DNA from: Orbicella franksi
Lineage: Eukaryota
Assembly: GCA_964199315.1 (NCBI GenBank)
Contig: OZ116699.1
Location: 32,984,001-33,048,000 of the forward strand
Direction: 5' to 3'
DNA: 64,000 bases
The stretch's first letter is position 1, and every line of letters begins with the position of its first letter. Of the stretch, positions 33,601-44,882 are shown in pieces. Position numbers and translations under genes: made by a program. The notes beneath the pieces were generated by a model that did not search any database, was not told the origin of the DNA, and saw only the letters and a list, made by a program, of their open reading frames with translations.

Positions 33601-36600
33601 CCCGTACCGGAAATGATCCCCAGATTATACCGTAAATGATCCTGGACCGGAAATGGTGCTTCGCCATAAATTTTGGAAATGTGAGGACTCAGGAATTTGG
33701 ACAGTGGATTTAAAATTTCTGCGAGCGCTTTTTTTATTACTGTGAAACTCAGAAAACCGTGAAAATTTGGAATTGATACCAAAAGGTTAATTTGGTACTG
33801 AACCAATCACAATAAAGTTCAGGAAATGCTAGGAAACGTCAAAACCACAACCAATAGGCTGCGTTCGATATATCAATATTCTAACATCGATCCGAGGCTT
33901 TCAGGTCAAAATTACAAATTTTTTAAGTTTCCTTTGTCTTCAAATTCTAAAAAAAGACTTGGATACTAAGGAAACATCCCCAAACATAGAAGTTTGTTCT
34001 GAAAGCCTCGGAGCCCTGTTAGAATATTGATATATCGAAAGTAGTCTATTACCGCTGGTGTTTGCGGTTTAGTTTTCTCACGCTTGATTGGCTTTTTCCT
34101 TGCTACACAATAATGATCCTTAAATATTTCTGGTATTCACGGTTTTCTGAGTTTCACAGTAATAATACAATATTTTGATAGAACAGTTACTATATGAAAC
34201 GCAAGAAAATGTGCAGTATGAACGATTTAAATGCAAATTTCACAATTTTAACAATGATATCCAACATCACGAAATCCTGTGTTTGAGACTTGTAGTTTAG
34301 CTAGATCCTTCCCTGAATGACTTTATTGGGTCCGGGCCTGAGATGTATGATAATTAGATGGCAGAGGCATCTTCGAAGATTCCTGTTTTTTTGTTTGTTT
34401 TTGTTTTTGTTTTTTGCAGTGCGTTTCCTAAACGAAAACTTTATGAAGTCGACACATGTCAGTTTAGTATTTTGGTACGTTTTTTATTGCTGCTTTTATG
34501 CCTCAGGTACGTGTCTTTTCTTCACCTAGAATAATTGAGAAATATGTATCCATCCATAGACTTTTCATGGAGTCCACCTCATTCCTAACTTTTTGCGGTG
34601 GAATAAGTTTCAGTCCTGGGATCATTTGCCGTACAATTTGGGGGTCATTTGCGGGCCGGGATCATTTGAGGGCCTGTATACGAGTATTAGCGAATTCAAA
34701 ATTGATCGTCAAAAAAGTTCGGTTACTCAAAGTTGTACAATTTAGCATGCTTATTCACATCCTTGGATTCAGCTGTTTTTGGAAGCACCATCGTCTTTCC
34801 TCATAATTAAGCATTCAAAGTGTTTTACACTGTATTATTTGTACAGTGGGGGAGCGTTGACTACCGGATCGAGCGGTTCCGTGGGTTCGTGCCCCGATCG
34901 GGATAATCGTCCCGTTTAACACACTTCACTCCAAATCACACGGTACGTCTCTCTTCACCCACGGCCGAATTGTTCGAAAGCTGGTTAACACTAACTCAGG
35001 TAGTAGTAATTTGTCTTGAATAAAACTGTGTTTCATTTTTTACGGTTTGTCTAGCTTAAGATTACTCAAGCTCAAAAATGAAGAACAAACAAAATAGACA
35101 TGGAGAAAACCTCAACGAAAAGTCAAAGAACTGAAATCAAATTTCTCTCTAATCCTAAGTAAGCTTAACCGGGCTTTCAACAGTCCGGCCCAGGTAAATG
35201 CATGGGTTAAAAACGGTTCGGTTGAAAATGGTTATTCTACACAAAGATCGCTGTATGTAAAACTGAAAGTAAGTTTGCTGTTCATATCCATACATTGTGA
35301 TAAATTCCCTCAACATACCTCCATTGCAACAAGTAGCGCGTTTCTGCCACACTTTGCCATAGCTTTTGGTGTCAGTTCCTGTTTGATCTCATCAACATTT
35401 CCTCTTTCTATGATTTTTATTAGACTTTCTGCAAGCAAGAGAACAAATAAGAGAGATGGATTGTGCACTCTTTTGTCACTACATCCGCCGCTGGAGAAGT
35501 CTGGGTTTGACCCCTGGCCCAGTGTGTTCTTAACGTTAGTTGTGCTTTTGAGCAAAACTATGCAGCATTCATGTTGCCTTTCCCCAACCTAGAATGTGAC
35601 TGGATACTGGAACATTGGACATGGACTAACATGTCATCAGTGGAAGTCAGAGTGATGCTACATTGTCAAGCCGCTTAACGCTGACGAAACCTCGGTTAAA
35701 CGCCCTCACCGTTAAATACCTTGGACCCAGTTCAGTGCCTACTCATTATAGAAGAGGCTTTGCTTTTATATCAGGTAGAATATATGGGTAAAAGTTAGAT
35801 TAGAATACGCTTTTAGTGTCTGCCAGTTTTGTCATATTTTCTGACTTTTACCCAACTAGTTTAGCTTCATAGTTATTTTGGGTGACCAGCAACTGAAAGT
35901 TGAACTGAATTAATATTGTATAATTAATTACTTTAGTTTTTACGGTACAAATAAACCTTGTTGTTGTTGTTGTTGTACTGTGAAGCGCATGTCAACATTA
36001 TAGTACGGTACAGAGACTGTCATTACCTTGTTATTTGAATTTGGCATATTTGTTTCTAATGTTTAAATGCTCGACCTAGCAGCCACATAAGAACTTATAG
36101 GATATTTCTCATTGATTACAATTACCCTTTGCATTGCCATGAGCATTGGCATGACCATTCCTGTTGCCATCATCGTTACCATCACCGTCGACGTCGCCTT
36201 TGCCATTGTTATCATCATTGCCCTTGCCATAGCCGACGCTGTCGTCGTCGCTGTCGCTGACCCCGTCGCCATTATCGTTTCCTACTTTAAAAACATTCAT
36301 GAGACTTGTTGATATTTTTTCAGCTGAATATTTGCAAATTAAATAATTTTCTGTTATTTTCAGTTTTTATTTGTGTCACTTAATGGTGAATGAAATTATC
36401 ATGAATTTTTGAAGGGCGTGTCTTTCTTTATTCGTCCATTTGTCTCTTTAATTAATTAATTATCTTGACTTTTTTAATTGGAAGCCTAACCTCAGATGGC
36501 AATGATTTCTTACCCGTGAATTCCGTGATAAAGAAATAAAAACACGTCACTGTTGGCTTAAGGCCACTACTACTTGGAAATATGCAGACTATCCACCAAC

Positions 36601-36691
36601 CTTTCCTATTGGGCTGTACAAATCTAAGTTTTGGATGATCCTCTTCCTTGGTTACATGGTCCATCTCAATGTTTACTTGCGTCTTTGCCAT
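18605..36691 (-). CDS. TRPC-like transient receptor potential channel with inserted vWA domain and C-terminal SPRY plus coiled coil (1189 aa, 17 coding exons)
   Basis: Exons (5'->3'): 36601-36691, 35319-35428, 33366-33560, 32538-32748, 31767-32050, 29894-30113, 28406-28793, 27030-27383, 25968-25991, 25701-25890, 24281-24448, 23310-23388, 22832-22956, 22363-22509, 21477-21651, 19804-20003, 18605-19213. All junctions are GT-AG and phase-consistent, totalling 3570 nt with no internal stop. Motifs: FFAHP, FTTPYFIF, SDRWN, LCWSLLG pore helix, LVNVMIALLSNTYQRV (S6), EWSFRKA TRP box, HPIPVPLN. The 5' end is less certain. Confidence 0.88.
20293..21000 (+). repeat. Two direct copies (~20293-20460 and ~20832-21000) of a ~165-bp interspersed repeat
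   Basis: Both copies share gttttcactcacg...caccaatatggccgc.gtttcattgtttt.gaacaccaatatggctgcc...gtcatgtaa. Confidence 0.8.
24675..25039. mobile_element. Fold-back MITE with ~150-bp inverted arms, TTAA-flanked (Kolobok/piggyBac-like)
   Basis: The left arm gagaaaaccaggcag..gaggcgatacagctcaaatca...cagtaggtcaaaatatttgattcccatcaagtt is mirrored at 24905-25039. TTAA occurs at 24670-24673 and 25040-25043, with one extra base on the left. Confidence 0.85.
25094..25498. mobile_element. Tc1/mariner-type MITE (TA-CAGT termini)
   Basis: The TIRs are tacagtaaaaacctgcatataagaaccta and taggttcttatacgtgggtttttactgta. Confidence 0.75.
30545..30805 (+). mobile_element. Dispersed repeat, with a related copy at ~34960-35192
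   Basis: Both copies share ...ggttaac.ctaac...aa.ctcaaaa...aaatcaaa.tt.tc.ct.atcct...t.agcttaa.cgggcttt.aaca.tccggc.cagg. Both sit in introns of the TRP gene. Confidence 0.65.
33582..34678. mobile_element. Three nested inverted-repeat elements in a TRP intron
   Basis: Outer TIR: tacaggccc..gatc / gatcatttgagggcctgta (33582-34678). Middle: a perfect 30-bp TIR (33734-33763 / 34136-34165). Inner: a ~50-bp TIR (33853-34050). Confidence 0.8.
34845..34955 (+). mobile_element. tRNA-derived SINE remnant (related remnants at ~35460-35590 and ~57555-57660)
   Basis: A B-box-like gggttcg..ccc is followed by a tgtgtt.tt..gcaagacactt..ctctca / ctct.cccacc-type body. All copies are degenerate. Confidence 0.55.
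36063..36290. repeat. Degenerate low-complexity (gtcgcc/gttgcc-like) tandem repeat
   Basis: It has 3/6-bp periodicity, which produces the spurious overlapping ORFs 36063-36312. Confidence 0.7.
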
Positions 36692-36967
36692 TGATCCGCG
36701 AAGGCTCTGCGATATAATAAGACAGAAAAACAAGAAAAAATTTAACCAATGATTCTACATCTTTGTCGACACAAACTTGACTAGGCGATGCATAACTACC
36801 GTCAAACTCCACCGGTTTCAAGTTCAACGGGCGGGCTTTCAACTGTGCTATCCGCGTTGCTGTGCCACTGAAGCATAATTAAGTCAAGTTTGATATTCAC
36901 ATGACCCAAAAAGTCAACGTCCTCCTGAGAGAAGGATGGACTCCCCCCCCCCTCCTCTTCGTCCGTC

Positions 36968-37012
36968 TCCTCCTCCTCCTCCTCCTCCTCCTCCTCCTCC
37001 TCCTCCTCCTCC
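36968..37012. repeat. (CCT)n microsatellite
   Basis: About 15 pure CCT units are visible. Confidence 0.95.
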
Positions 37013-38501
37013 TCCCCCTCCTCTTGCAAGAATGACGAGATTGCCAACCTCACCCAATCCTCTTTCTCCTGATTCGTCTTCTCCGCTACCACCACCACCT
37101 CCTCTACCTCCCCAATCTCCTTGTCCTATACAATTATGGCGCAAGACAGTCTTAGGTTGAAACTAGCTCTAAATTTCGTTCTTAGTGTCGATATAGGGCG
37201 TTCTTGGCTGCTGTTATTTGTTGATATTTTGCCTTACTAGCATACGACTTTCTGTAGGGAAGACATCATTTTAGATATAAATTGGATCCAAACAGTTAAA
37301 GAGCTAATAAACTTAGTACATGATGAAATCTTAAGCTCTTTGGGTGTAATATTAAAAATCGGCTTTCAAGTACTGCAAAATTTCCGGATGACGAGAGAGC
37401 TAACGAGTCCATACATTCTTTTTATAGCTTTGAGTTTTTTAACCCGCGTCGCACAAAAAAGTATCAAATTACTACATTGCCTCAAATTCCTTGGCACAGT
37501 AACGTTTTTTCTCGTGCTATGCCCTTGCAATATTCAGGAATGATATTTTCATAGCTTGATCAGAAACTGGCTGGTTTACATTACTGAGGCAAAAACTGCA
37601 GTCAAAGAATCCCCCCAAACGTTACTAGGTTAAGAGTGAGCGTACCTCCGCTGGAATAAGTGGCGTATTGCTGCCCATGATCCTAGCCACTCCCGTGTCA
37701 AGAAGTTCTTAAAAAAATGAGCATGTGCATAAAAACTGAATGAAAAGTCCGTAAAAGAAACAATTAAACATCTCTCAATCAACAATAATAAGATAATTTC
37801 GGTCAATACTTGGAATAAGTAGGAAATTTTGTTGTTATCGGACAGGAGGGTCTATTAGCGGCGAGCGGCCTTAAACATCGTTACGGAGATTTCATTGCTG
37901 GCAAACTGTCTACAGCCTGAGAATAATGAAGACGTTCGCGCCAAAAATGTTCCCACGCACAGATTTTTTCAAAACTTGCCATGTAGTGAGGTAAAGATCA
38001 ACTTTTGCCAAAAAGTAAAAAACGTGGCGGGTCACCGCACTCGTTTTCGAAATAAGGCGCATTGAAGTCCATGCGTGGTTTTAGTAGCTGTTTGCATTTA
38101 AGAAGATCTTAGCGCACGACCATCAGGAGTAAAAGAAGCTACATTAGTGAAATTGCATCAGGCTAACGTACTCAGTTCAAGACAACTAAGTATACTAGGT
38201 AAAAGCTTGTAGCTGATGTCGTTCCTTGAGGTGGAATAGGCCTTGAAAAAGGATACATATTAACCTCGCCCCTCCATTTTCGAGGAACACTTCAACCACA
38301 CGAGAGCACAAAAAGTGGAAATTTGTAACTTCTTACGATCAGATTTTTTCTGTTTTGTTTTTGTTTTTGCTTTTTTTGCTTTTTTGTTTTGTTAAAATGG
38401 ACAAAATCAGGTCTATGAAAAGAAAAGAGGGGGTCAAACCCAAAAAGGAACAAGAATGGCCGGTTAAGGATGAAGAAGATTAACAAAATTGCTGATGGTC
38501 G

Positions 38502-38960
38502 ATGATAGCAAATCATTCATTGCTAAAAACAACGCTGGATCGTGCCTTTAAAGTGTCATCTACCTGGCAACTGTTCCACCTGGAATGTGATCGTCTCACA
38601 CAGGCGTTCTCTCGACTTCAATACCCAGCCCAACTGCTGCAACCGACCATCAGTAATTTTGTCACCAAGAAAGTTTCTGGCGATCCAATTTCCACTCGAG
38701 CATGTAACAGAAATGAAGCGCCTGTCAGAATAGTTTTACCATTTAAAGATCAGAGATCGGCCAATTCCGCGCCAAGGCAACTTGGGGAACTACGCCGCAA
38801 AATTGGAATTGAAATTCGCCCCGCGTATACAAGCCGTAAGATCGGACACGAAATCAAACTAAAAGAAAAGAAGCCGCCTATCATTAACCAGCAACGCGTT
38901 GTTTACCACTACAAGTGTGGTTTGTGCGATGCAAACTATGTCGGGTATACGTGCCACTAA
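38502..38960 (+). mobile_element. Penelope-like element fragment (RT thumb/linker plus N-terminal part of GIY-YIG endonuclease)
   Basis: The translation SLLKTTLDRAFKVSSTWQLFHLECDRL...LQYP...IVLPFKDQRSAN...KPPIINQQRVVYHYKCGLCDANYVGYT shows the VVY..C..C...YVG GIY-YIG motif. It is truncated at both ends. Confidence 0.85.
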
Positions 38961-39528
38961 GGTGACATAAGTTTAAAATGTCTTTTGATTCTGTAGTGTT
39001 ATAATGCCAACCAAAAAGATAAAAATAAAATACAAAAAAAATACGATTAATGATTAGGGTCCACGCTTATTCGAATAAATATGTTAATCTTCGAGGACAA
39101 ATAATTAATCACTAGCTTAATCCGTCAAACCTTAATGACAGAAGCATAAAACGTCTTCCGCACGTTCAGTCGGTCAAAGGTGACCTTCGATTGTATCTTT
39201 CCGTTTCTTTGACTAAAAGACAATGTAGACAAGGCAAAAGCAATGATTGGTCAGGTGGAGGCAGCTGAGTTTTAAGCTAAGGTTGCTTACGATTGAATCA
39301 GTACATGTATCTAGTAATTACGGCCACTATTTCTTGGTCTCAATTCAACCTCTGTTATTTTCGTGTTCCAAATCGTTATTTGGACTCGTCATTATTGCTC
39401 CTCTTTTTTTTATTTCTTTCGCTAAATAATTACCCTATCACTGTGCACCAGTCGAAATTAGAAAACTGGCAAAAGAAATCAGAAAAAAAAGAAAATCATG
39501 TATAGTTATAACACAAGGAATCAGTTGT

Positions 39529-40016
39529 GAGGGGGGTGAATGGGAGCATGTAAATCCTTCGATCCGTGCGTTTTTTCGCCAAATCCGTCGATCCGCGAAT
39601 ATTGTTATTCAAATCCGAAACCACAACCACATCCGAAACAGAAGTGTAAAAGGTCAAGGGTAAATTGGTAAACGTGATTGCCATTGTTAATTTTGTACAA
39701 ATAGTAAAGAAGGCAACACGATCAATGACTATAACACTCACCTGAGTTTAAATGAGCTTCGTTCGAAAAAAAGAAATAATTTGGATGAATTCATTAACAT
39801 ACCGACCAAGACTAATGAAAGATCTATGATCCACATTTCGATTAGGAGATCCGAACATCAAGACAGGCAGAATCCGGAATCCGCACCAATATTCACAGCA
39901 GATCCACGATCCACTGTGTTTTCAAAATCCGCGAATCCCCTCGATTTACTGCAAAAATCTACAATCCGTGCGCTTTTAAGGCCGAATCCGTCGATCCGAA
40001 AACCTATTCACCCCTC
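39529..40016. mobile_element. 488-bp non-autonomous DNA transposon with 8-bp TSD (hAT- or P-like)
   Basis: The TIRs are gaggggggtgaatggg and cctattcacccctc. The 8-bp TSD tcagttgt is perfect (39521-39528 and 40017-40024). The aatccg/gatccg subterminal motif occurs many times. Confidence 0.9.
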
Positions 40017-40449
40017 TCAGTTGTGTTCACTGCACCGCAAATGGGAAGATAAAATTTTAACTTTGTAACGCACGTGATGGCGAACATAATGAATGCCATG
40101 TATGTGTCATGAATAATTGTAACCAAACGTGTGCTGACTCATGATGCGAATCGAACCTACCTCCGGTCCAGAATTACCCCAAGCCTCGAAAGCCTCAATT
40201 CAGTTTTGCTCGAGCTTCGCTTTCGAAAAACTCTTCGCTTTTCGGAAAGATTATGTTCGCGGACAAATATCCGAGCATGTTTTCTCGCCAAATGGAGGGT
40301 TTCTTTATATGTCAATAAGCAAATTATATCTGTTGCAATCGGTGTACCTTGGACGTGCAGGGGCTCAGTATATTCTCAGAAAGAAAGCCTTCTCCCAGAT
40401 AGAGTGGCAGAGATTATGAAATCGTTCCCTTTGTTCTAGATCTGTGCTC

Positions 40450-40530
40450 AGGTAAAGGTAAAGGTAAACTTCATTCAGCCAGGGTGGCCCATTTAGCGAC
40501 GAGGCTGATATCCAGAGGGGCCCTGGACTA
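40450..40530 (-). mobile_element. L2-type LINE/SINE 3' end
   Basis: The minus strand has the stem-loop ccagggcccc...gggccaccctgg followed by a (TTTACC)n tail. Confidence 0.45.
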
Positions 40531-41685
40531 ATTAGATTGCTTACTTAGATTTCCTTTGACAATCATGTAAATGTCGTACAGATATTTACGATAGTCTCTG
40601 TTATCATGTAGTCTGGCTTCCCCCGACTGTACATCCCGTCATTATTTAAGTCAGCCTTAAATTTCATTTTTGCCACGGTAAATGTAGAGAATATTCTCTT
40701 CTTAAAGAAGGAATATTAAATAAATATCATTCACAACTATACACATGTAGAATAAAAATGATGCTAGAGACAACACAATAACTCCCTCAAAGTATAATAC
40801 ACACAATGGATTTTTTTAAAAAAATTAAACGATCATAGGGTATTTCACTGAACGACACGTCTTTAACACCAAGTCCGCTAAATTTTGTTACCCAGCAAAT
40901 AAATCAGAATTATTCCAAAACAACAATTGCAAGCACACAAGTGCAAACCGATGTAGGACGATGTAAGTATCTAACTCAAATATCATATCCAGTATCTGAT
41001 AGTAAGTACTTACTTACTCTTACTATCGCTATACCGTATAACTCTATAATCTTATGAGAGCTACTCACTGTCTTAACCCTGTCCACATCTGTGTGGGCAA
41101 TGCTACGGTATCATTCAATGCTCAACTGTTTGCGTAAAATTGCCAAGTTCCTTAGAAAATAAACTCTACTGTATTTATGCTTTTCTAAACAGCCAGGCAC
41201 CCTATAAGTGAACCGGATTAAATTGGTTGGAATATTTCCATCTTGAGTTGTATACTTTACCGCAATTACGCAAACCTACATTTGCATGAGGAAAATGTAT
41301 GATCGTTAACTTACTGAATTGTTTATGTAAGACTAAAGGAAATAAATCGATTACGCATCTTGCACGCCTTTATGGCGGGCCATCACGTTCAAAAGTAGAT
41401 ATCATGATTGTGGTATCTGCTTGATATTATGATATTATAAAATCATGACATCACGATATCTTGATATCTTTGATATCTTGACACCTTCTAACACGACCTG
41501 TTTCAACAGCTGTTGTTTGAACAATTTTGAAATATCACAAGCTGGTACTCTTCCAAATATTAGGTACAGTTCGTGCAATAACATGACGTCATGATGTCTC
41601 TTTGGTGATATCACGACGTAATGATACAACACATGTACAAAGATTTTCCTCTCAACATTATATGAGCAGTCTTCATGTATAAAAT

Positions 41686-43931
41686 GGCCGTCGATAAAAT
41701 CAGGAACATGGAACATTCTGGAACATCCCGGAACATCCCGAAAAATCCCGGAACATCGAATAATTATCATAATTACGCGAAAAATATGTAAAATAAAATT
41801 TTAAAGAATTAAATCAAACAAAAATAAACTGGTATCAGCTCGGAAAATAGAAACAAAACAAAAACATAAAAAAAAAAAGGAAAAAAGAAAGAAAATAAAA
41901 GTGACTGCAATGAGTGAAGGCTAGCAACTAAGAAGACTAATCCATTCCTTCCAGCCGTTCACCGTCAGTTTTATCACGTGACTGCCCTTTATTTCCAGAT
42001 TTCGTTCTTCACATAAAACTAAGGTGGTGGCGTTCGAACTCATTAATCAGACCTTAAAGTATGGGTACACGAGTGTGATTCCTTTATTCAATTCATTACG
42101 TCAATACAAAGATATGCGTATACACGATTTCTTATGAAGAAATAGTTTCTCCATGAGATAGAAATAGAAGCTCTTCGGCATCGAGTTTCTTGTCTAAACT
42201 AGTTCGGACTACTCGAGCTCTGATGACAGTGTAAACAAATTCAAACACAAAATTTGAAAACATTTGGCAACGCGCCCGCTGTCTTGCGGGGTCGCTGGTC
42301 AAAACTTTATTGTCTCTAGAAACATTTGTTACAAGTGTTGGCGATCTGAAATTGAGTTCTTAGTGTCGCCAACAGTTCAGATGCATCTCCTGGAAAATGT
42401 TTGTCCAGTACAAGTTAATACTTAATTAATTAAAACTAGTAATTGTTCTCACTAAAGCTGCGTCCGCTTTTTTATATAATGGAGTGGAGAAAATCTCCTG
42501 AGATGACTGTGTATTGGGAATAACTGTTTATTTTTCAAACTTTTTTGTTATTTGACAGGTTTGGTTATTGAATAAATCTGGAATATTTCATATAAAAATA
42601 GAAACTTAAAAAGATATATATTTTGCCTAATATAATAAAAAGTGAAAAATATTCATTTCATCTGGAGTAAGCTTGCCAAAAGTTCTTTCCTGAAAGATCT
42701 GACTGAAGCAAGCATTGCAATCTCTTGCCAAAAAAGACGGGCATTGTTGTCTTAAATAACCCCAAAGAGGTTCCTTGATTTCTTCCAACAATTTACTGTT
42801 TTCTGGTGACTCAATATATCTTGAGCATGTGTTAAAAGAAGCTCTGTGAATTCATTTCTCACAGTTAAATTTGACAAATGTGGCAAAAACAAACACGATG
42901 CTATTTCTAGAAAACTATCCAAGGCACAAGAAAAAGTTCGAGGAATGCTTAAAGCTGAATTCATGAAATGGCTTTTTCGTTTCAGCATTATTAAGCTTAG
43001 GTTTCAACTGAGGTATTAGCGTATGAACAATTCAAAACGTGACATAAACTTCTTTTCACGCTGACGCGTGACACGCTACACAAAACAGAACTTTTCGAAG
43101 CGACCTTTACACCTCTAGAACTCTGAAAATATGCCAATTTCACTAAACCAGTTTTTTGTCCCTTTCTCAATCACTGAATAAATTTTTGGATTGTGGTGCG
43201 AGTCTTTCGCGCCCAGTTAGGTTTGATTTGTGTTCGACAAATCCAAGTGTGACCGTGTCTTTCGATCAAATGCAAAGACATCGATGAGCAATGCGAGTTT
43301 CCACAGTTTTAACTCTAGATCGGATGGACTTCGATGCGATTTTTCAACAAATAAACTTAAGATATCAATGAGCAATACGAGTTTCCGCAATTTTAACTCT
43401 AGATTGGATGGAGTCCGCATTTAGTGGCTTATAGTGCCAGGCGTTCCTAGTGGAGCGTCGCGAAAACTGGGGATGATAAATAGCAACATGAAGATGGAAT
43501 AGGGACAAAACTATGAATACTGACTTAACAAGCAACTGTATGATGCTTAGACAAACACCTCAGATGGTGAAGAAATCAGGGATCAAAAAAGGAGACGCAA
43601 TGAATTACCTGGCATTCGTCGTCAGAATCGTCCATGTTTGTGTTGAAAAACAGAAAGCGACGTGACGCAATTGGCGAGAAAGAGGAGAGGAGCCTGCACT
43701 CATTGTGGTCAATTGAATGAATACCCAACGCTGCCTACCTCTCTGCTACCGACTCCCCTATCCCCAATAATATCTTTTCATATTTCAAGCTAATACCAGT
43801 TTATTTTTGTTTATGTTAGTTTTAAAATTTTAATTTTACATATTTTTCGCATAATTATGTTAATTATTCGATGTTCCGGGATGTTCCGGAATGTTCCGGA
43901 ATGTTCCATGTTCCTGGCTTTATCGACAGCC
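41686..43931. mobile_element. 2.2-kb element with ~150-bp TIRs (Mutator-like, non-autonomous)
   Basis: ggccgtcgataaaatcaggaacatggaacattctggaacatcccgg...aaataaactggtat.agct (41686-~41845) is inverted at ~43785-43931. The flanks tgtataaaat / tgtataaat form a near-perfect 9-10-bp TSD. Confidence 0.75.
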
Positions 43932-44119
43932 TGTATAAATGCGCGGGAAGTTTTGTTGAAAGGCGTATTAATTAGTGTTTGTAAAAACAACACCATTTAA
44001 TTCCGCAAACCACTTAACTTGTTTGCATAAAGCTACTTGTTGTGCTAAAATGCAATTAATTAGGTAAGACATTTCATTGTTTTGAATCAGCAGTGTGGAC
44101 GTATTTAATATTTGTGTAA

Positions 44120-44882
44120 TGCTGTGTTTACATTTGAGCTTTTACCAAGGTAAACAGTTACTAAGGTCAAGTTACTTAACCTTGGTACATTCGTCCAGTG
44201 TTTATACCGGCTCAAATAACTCAAGTTGATCTTTCAACATTCGCGCGCGCTGCATTATCAACGTCATGAAATCGAACTTGGACGAGGATCCCACCGCAGT
44301 GGAACAGGAGTAAATTGAGGTGCCATCATTTTCATAGGCAAGGACCTCATTCCATAGTATTGCGGCGAAAATTCAGCTGCTTGATCATTCCCAGAGTATG
44401 CATGGATACGTTGTATATGCAGCATCCTCCCTGGTGGCAAAATATGTCGACAATAATTACACAACATAGGATCGAAGTTTGTCTAAAGAAAGTTGTAAAT
44501 AATACTGAGAATGAAAAATACAACGCTCTCTTTTACGTGACGGATTGTTCGCTGTAAGAGGATCGATCCAATCTTTCCACGTTATCTGCCATGATCGCCT
44601 AGTCAAAACTGGAAAAGAAACGTTTTGTCGACAATCGGGCAATCTGCTCACCGCGGGAAGTGAAATATTACGCCGCCACAAGCGGATATAACTTTCATCT
44701 TGACCTTGGTTACCAACTGTAACCATGCCTGATCACAGGGTAATTACAACTTTTACCTCGGTTAAATTTCTTTTGTCTTTTGCAGCATTTACCAAAGTAT
44801 CAGTTGGCGTTTACACACGGAAAATGTTTACCTAGTTAAGTTAACTCTGGTACCTCGGTAAACTGTTCGTCTAAACACAGCA
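44120..44882. mobile_element. PIF/Harbinger-type deletion derivative or MITE
   Basis: The TIRs are tgctgtgttta... and ...taaacacagca with longer imperfect subterminal symmetry. The TAA TSD lies at 44117-44119 and 44883-44885. Confidence 0.8.

Noticed and set aside
34845-34955. tRNA gene
   Set aside because: There is only a degenerate B-box-like motif and no cloverleaf. It is better explained as a SINE head.
36063-36312. Three overlapping low-complexity ORFs
   Set aside because: They are produced by a degenerate 3/6-bp repeat.
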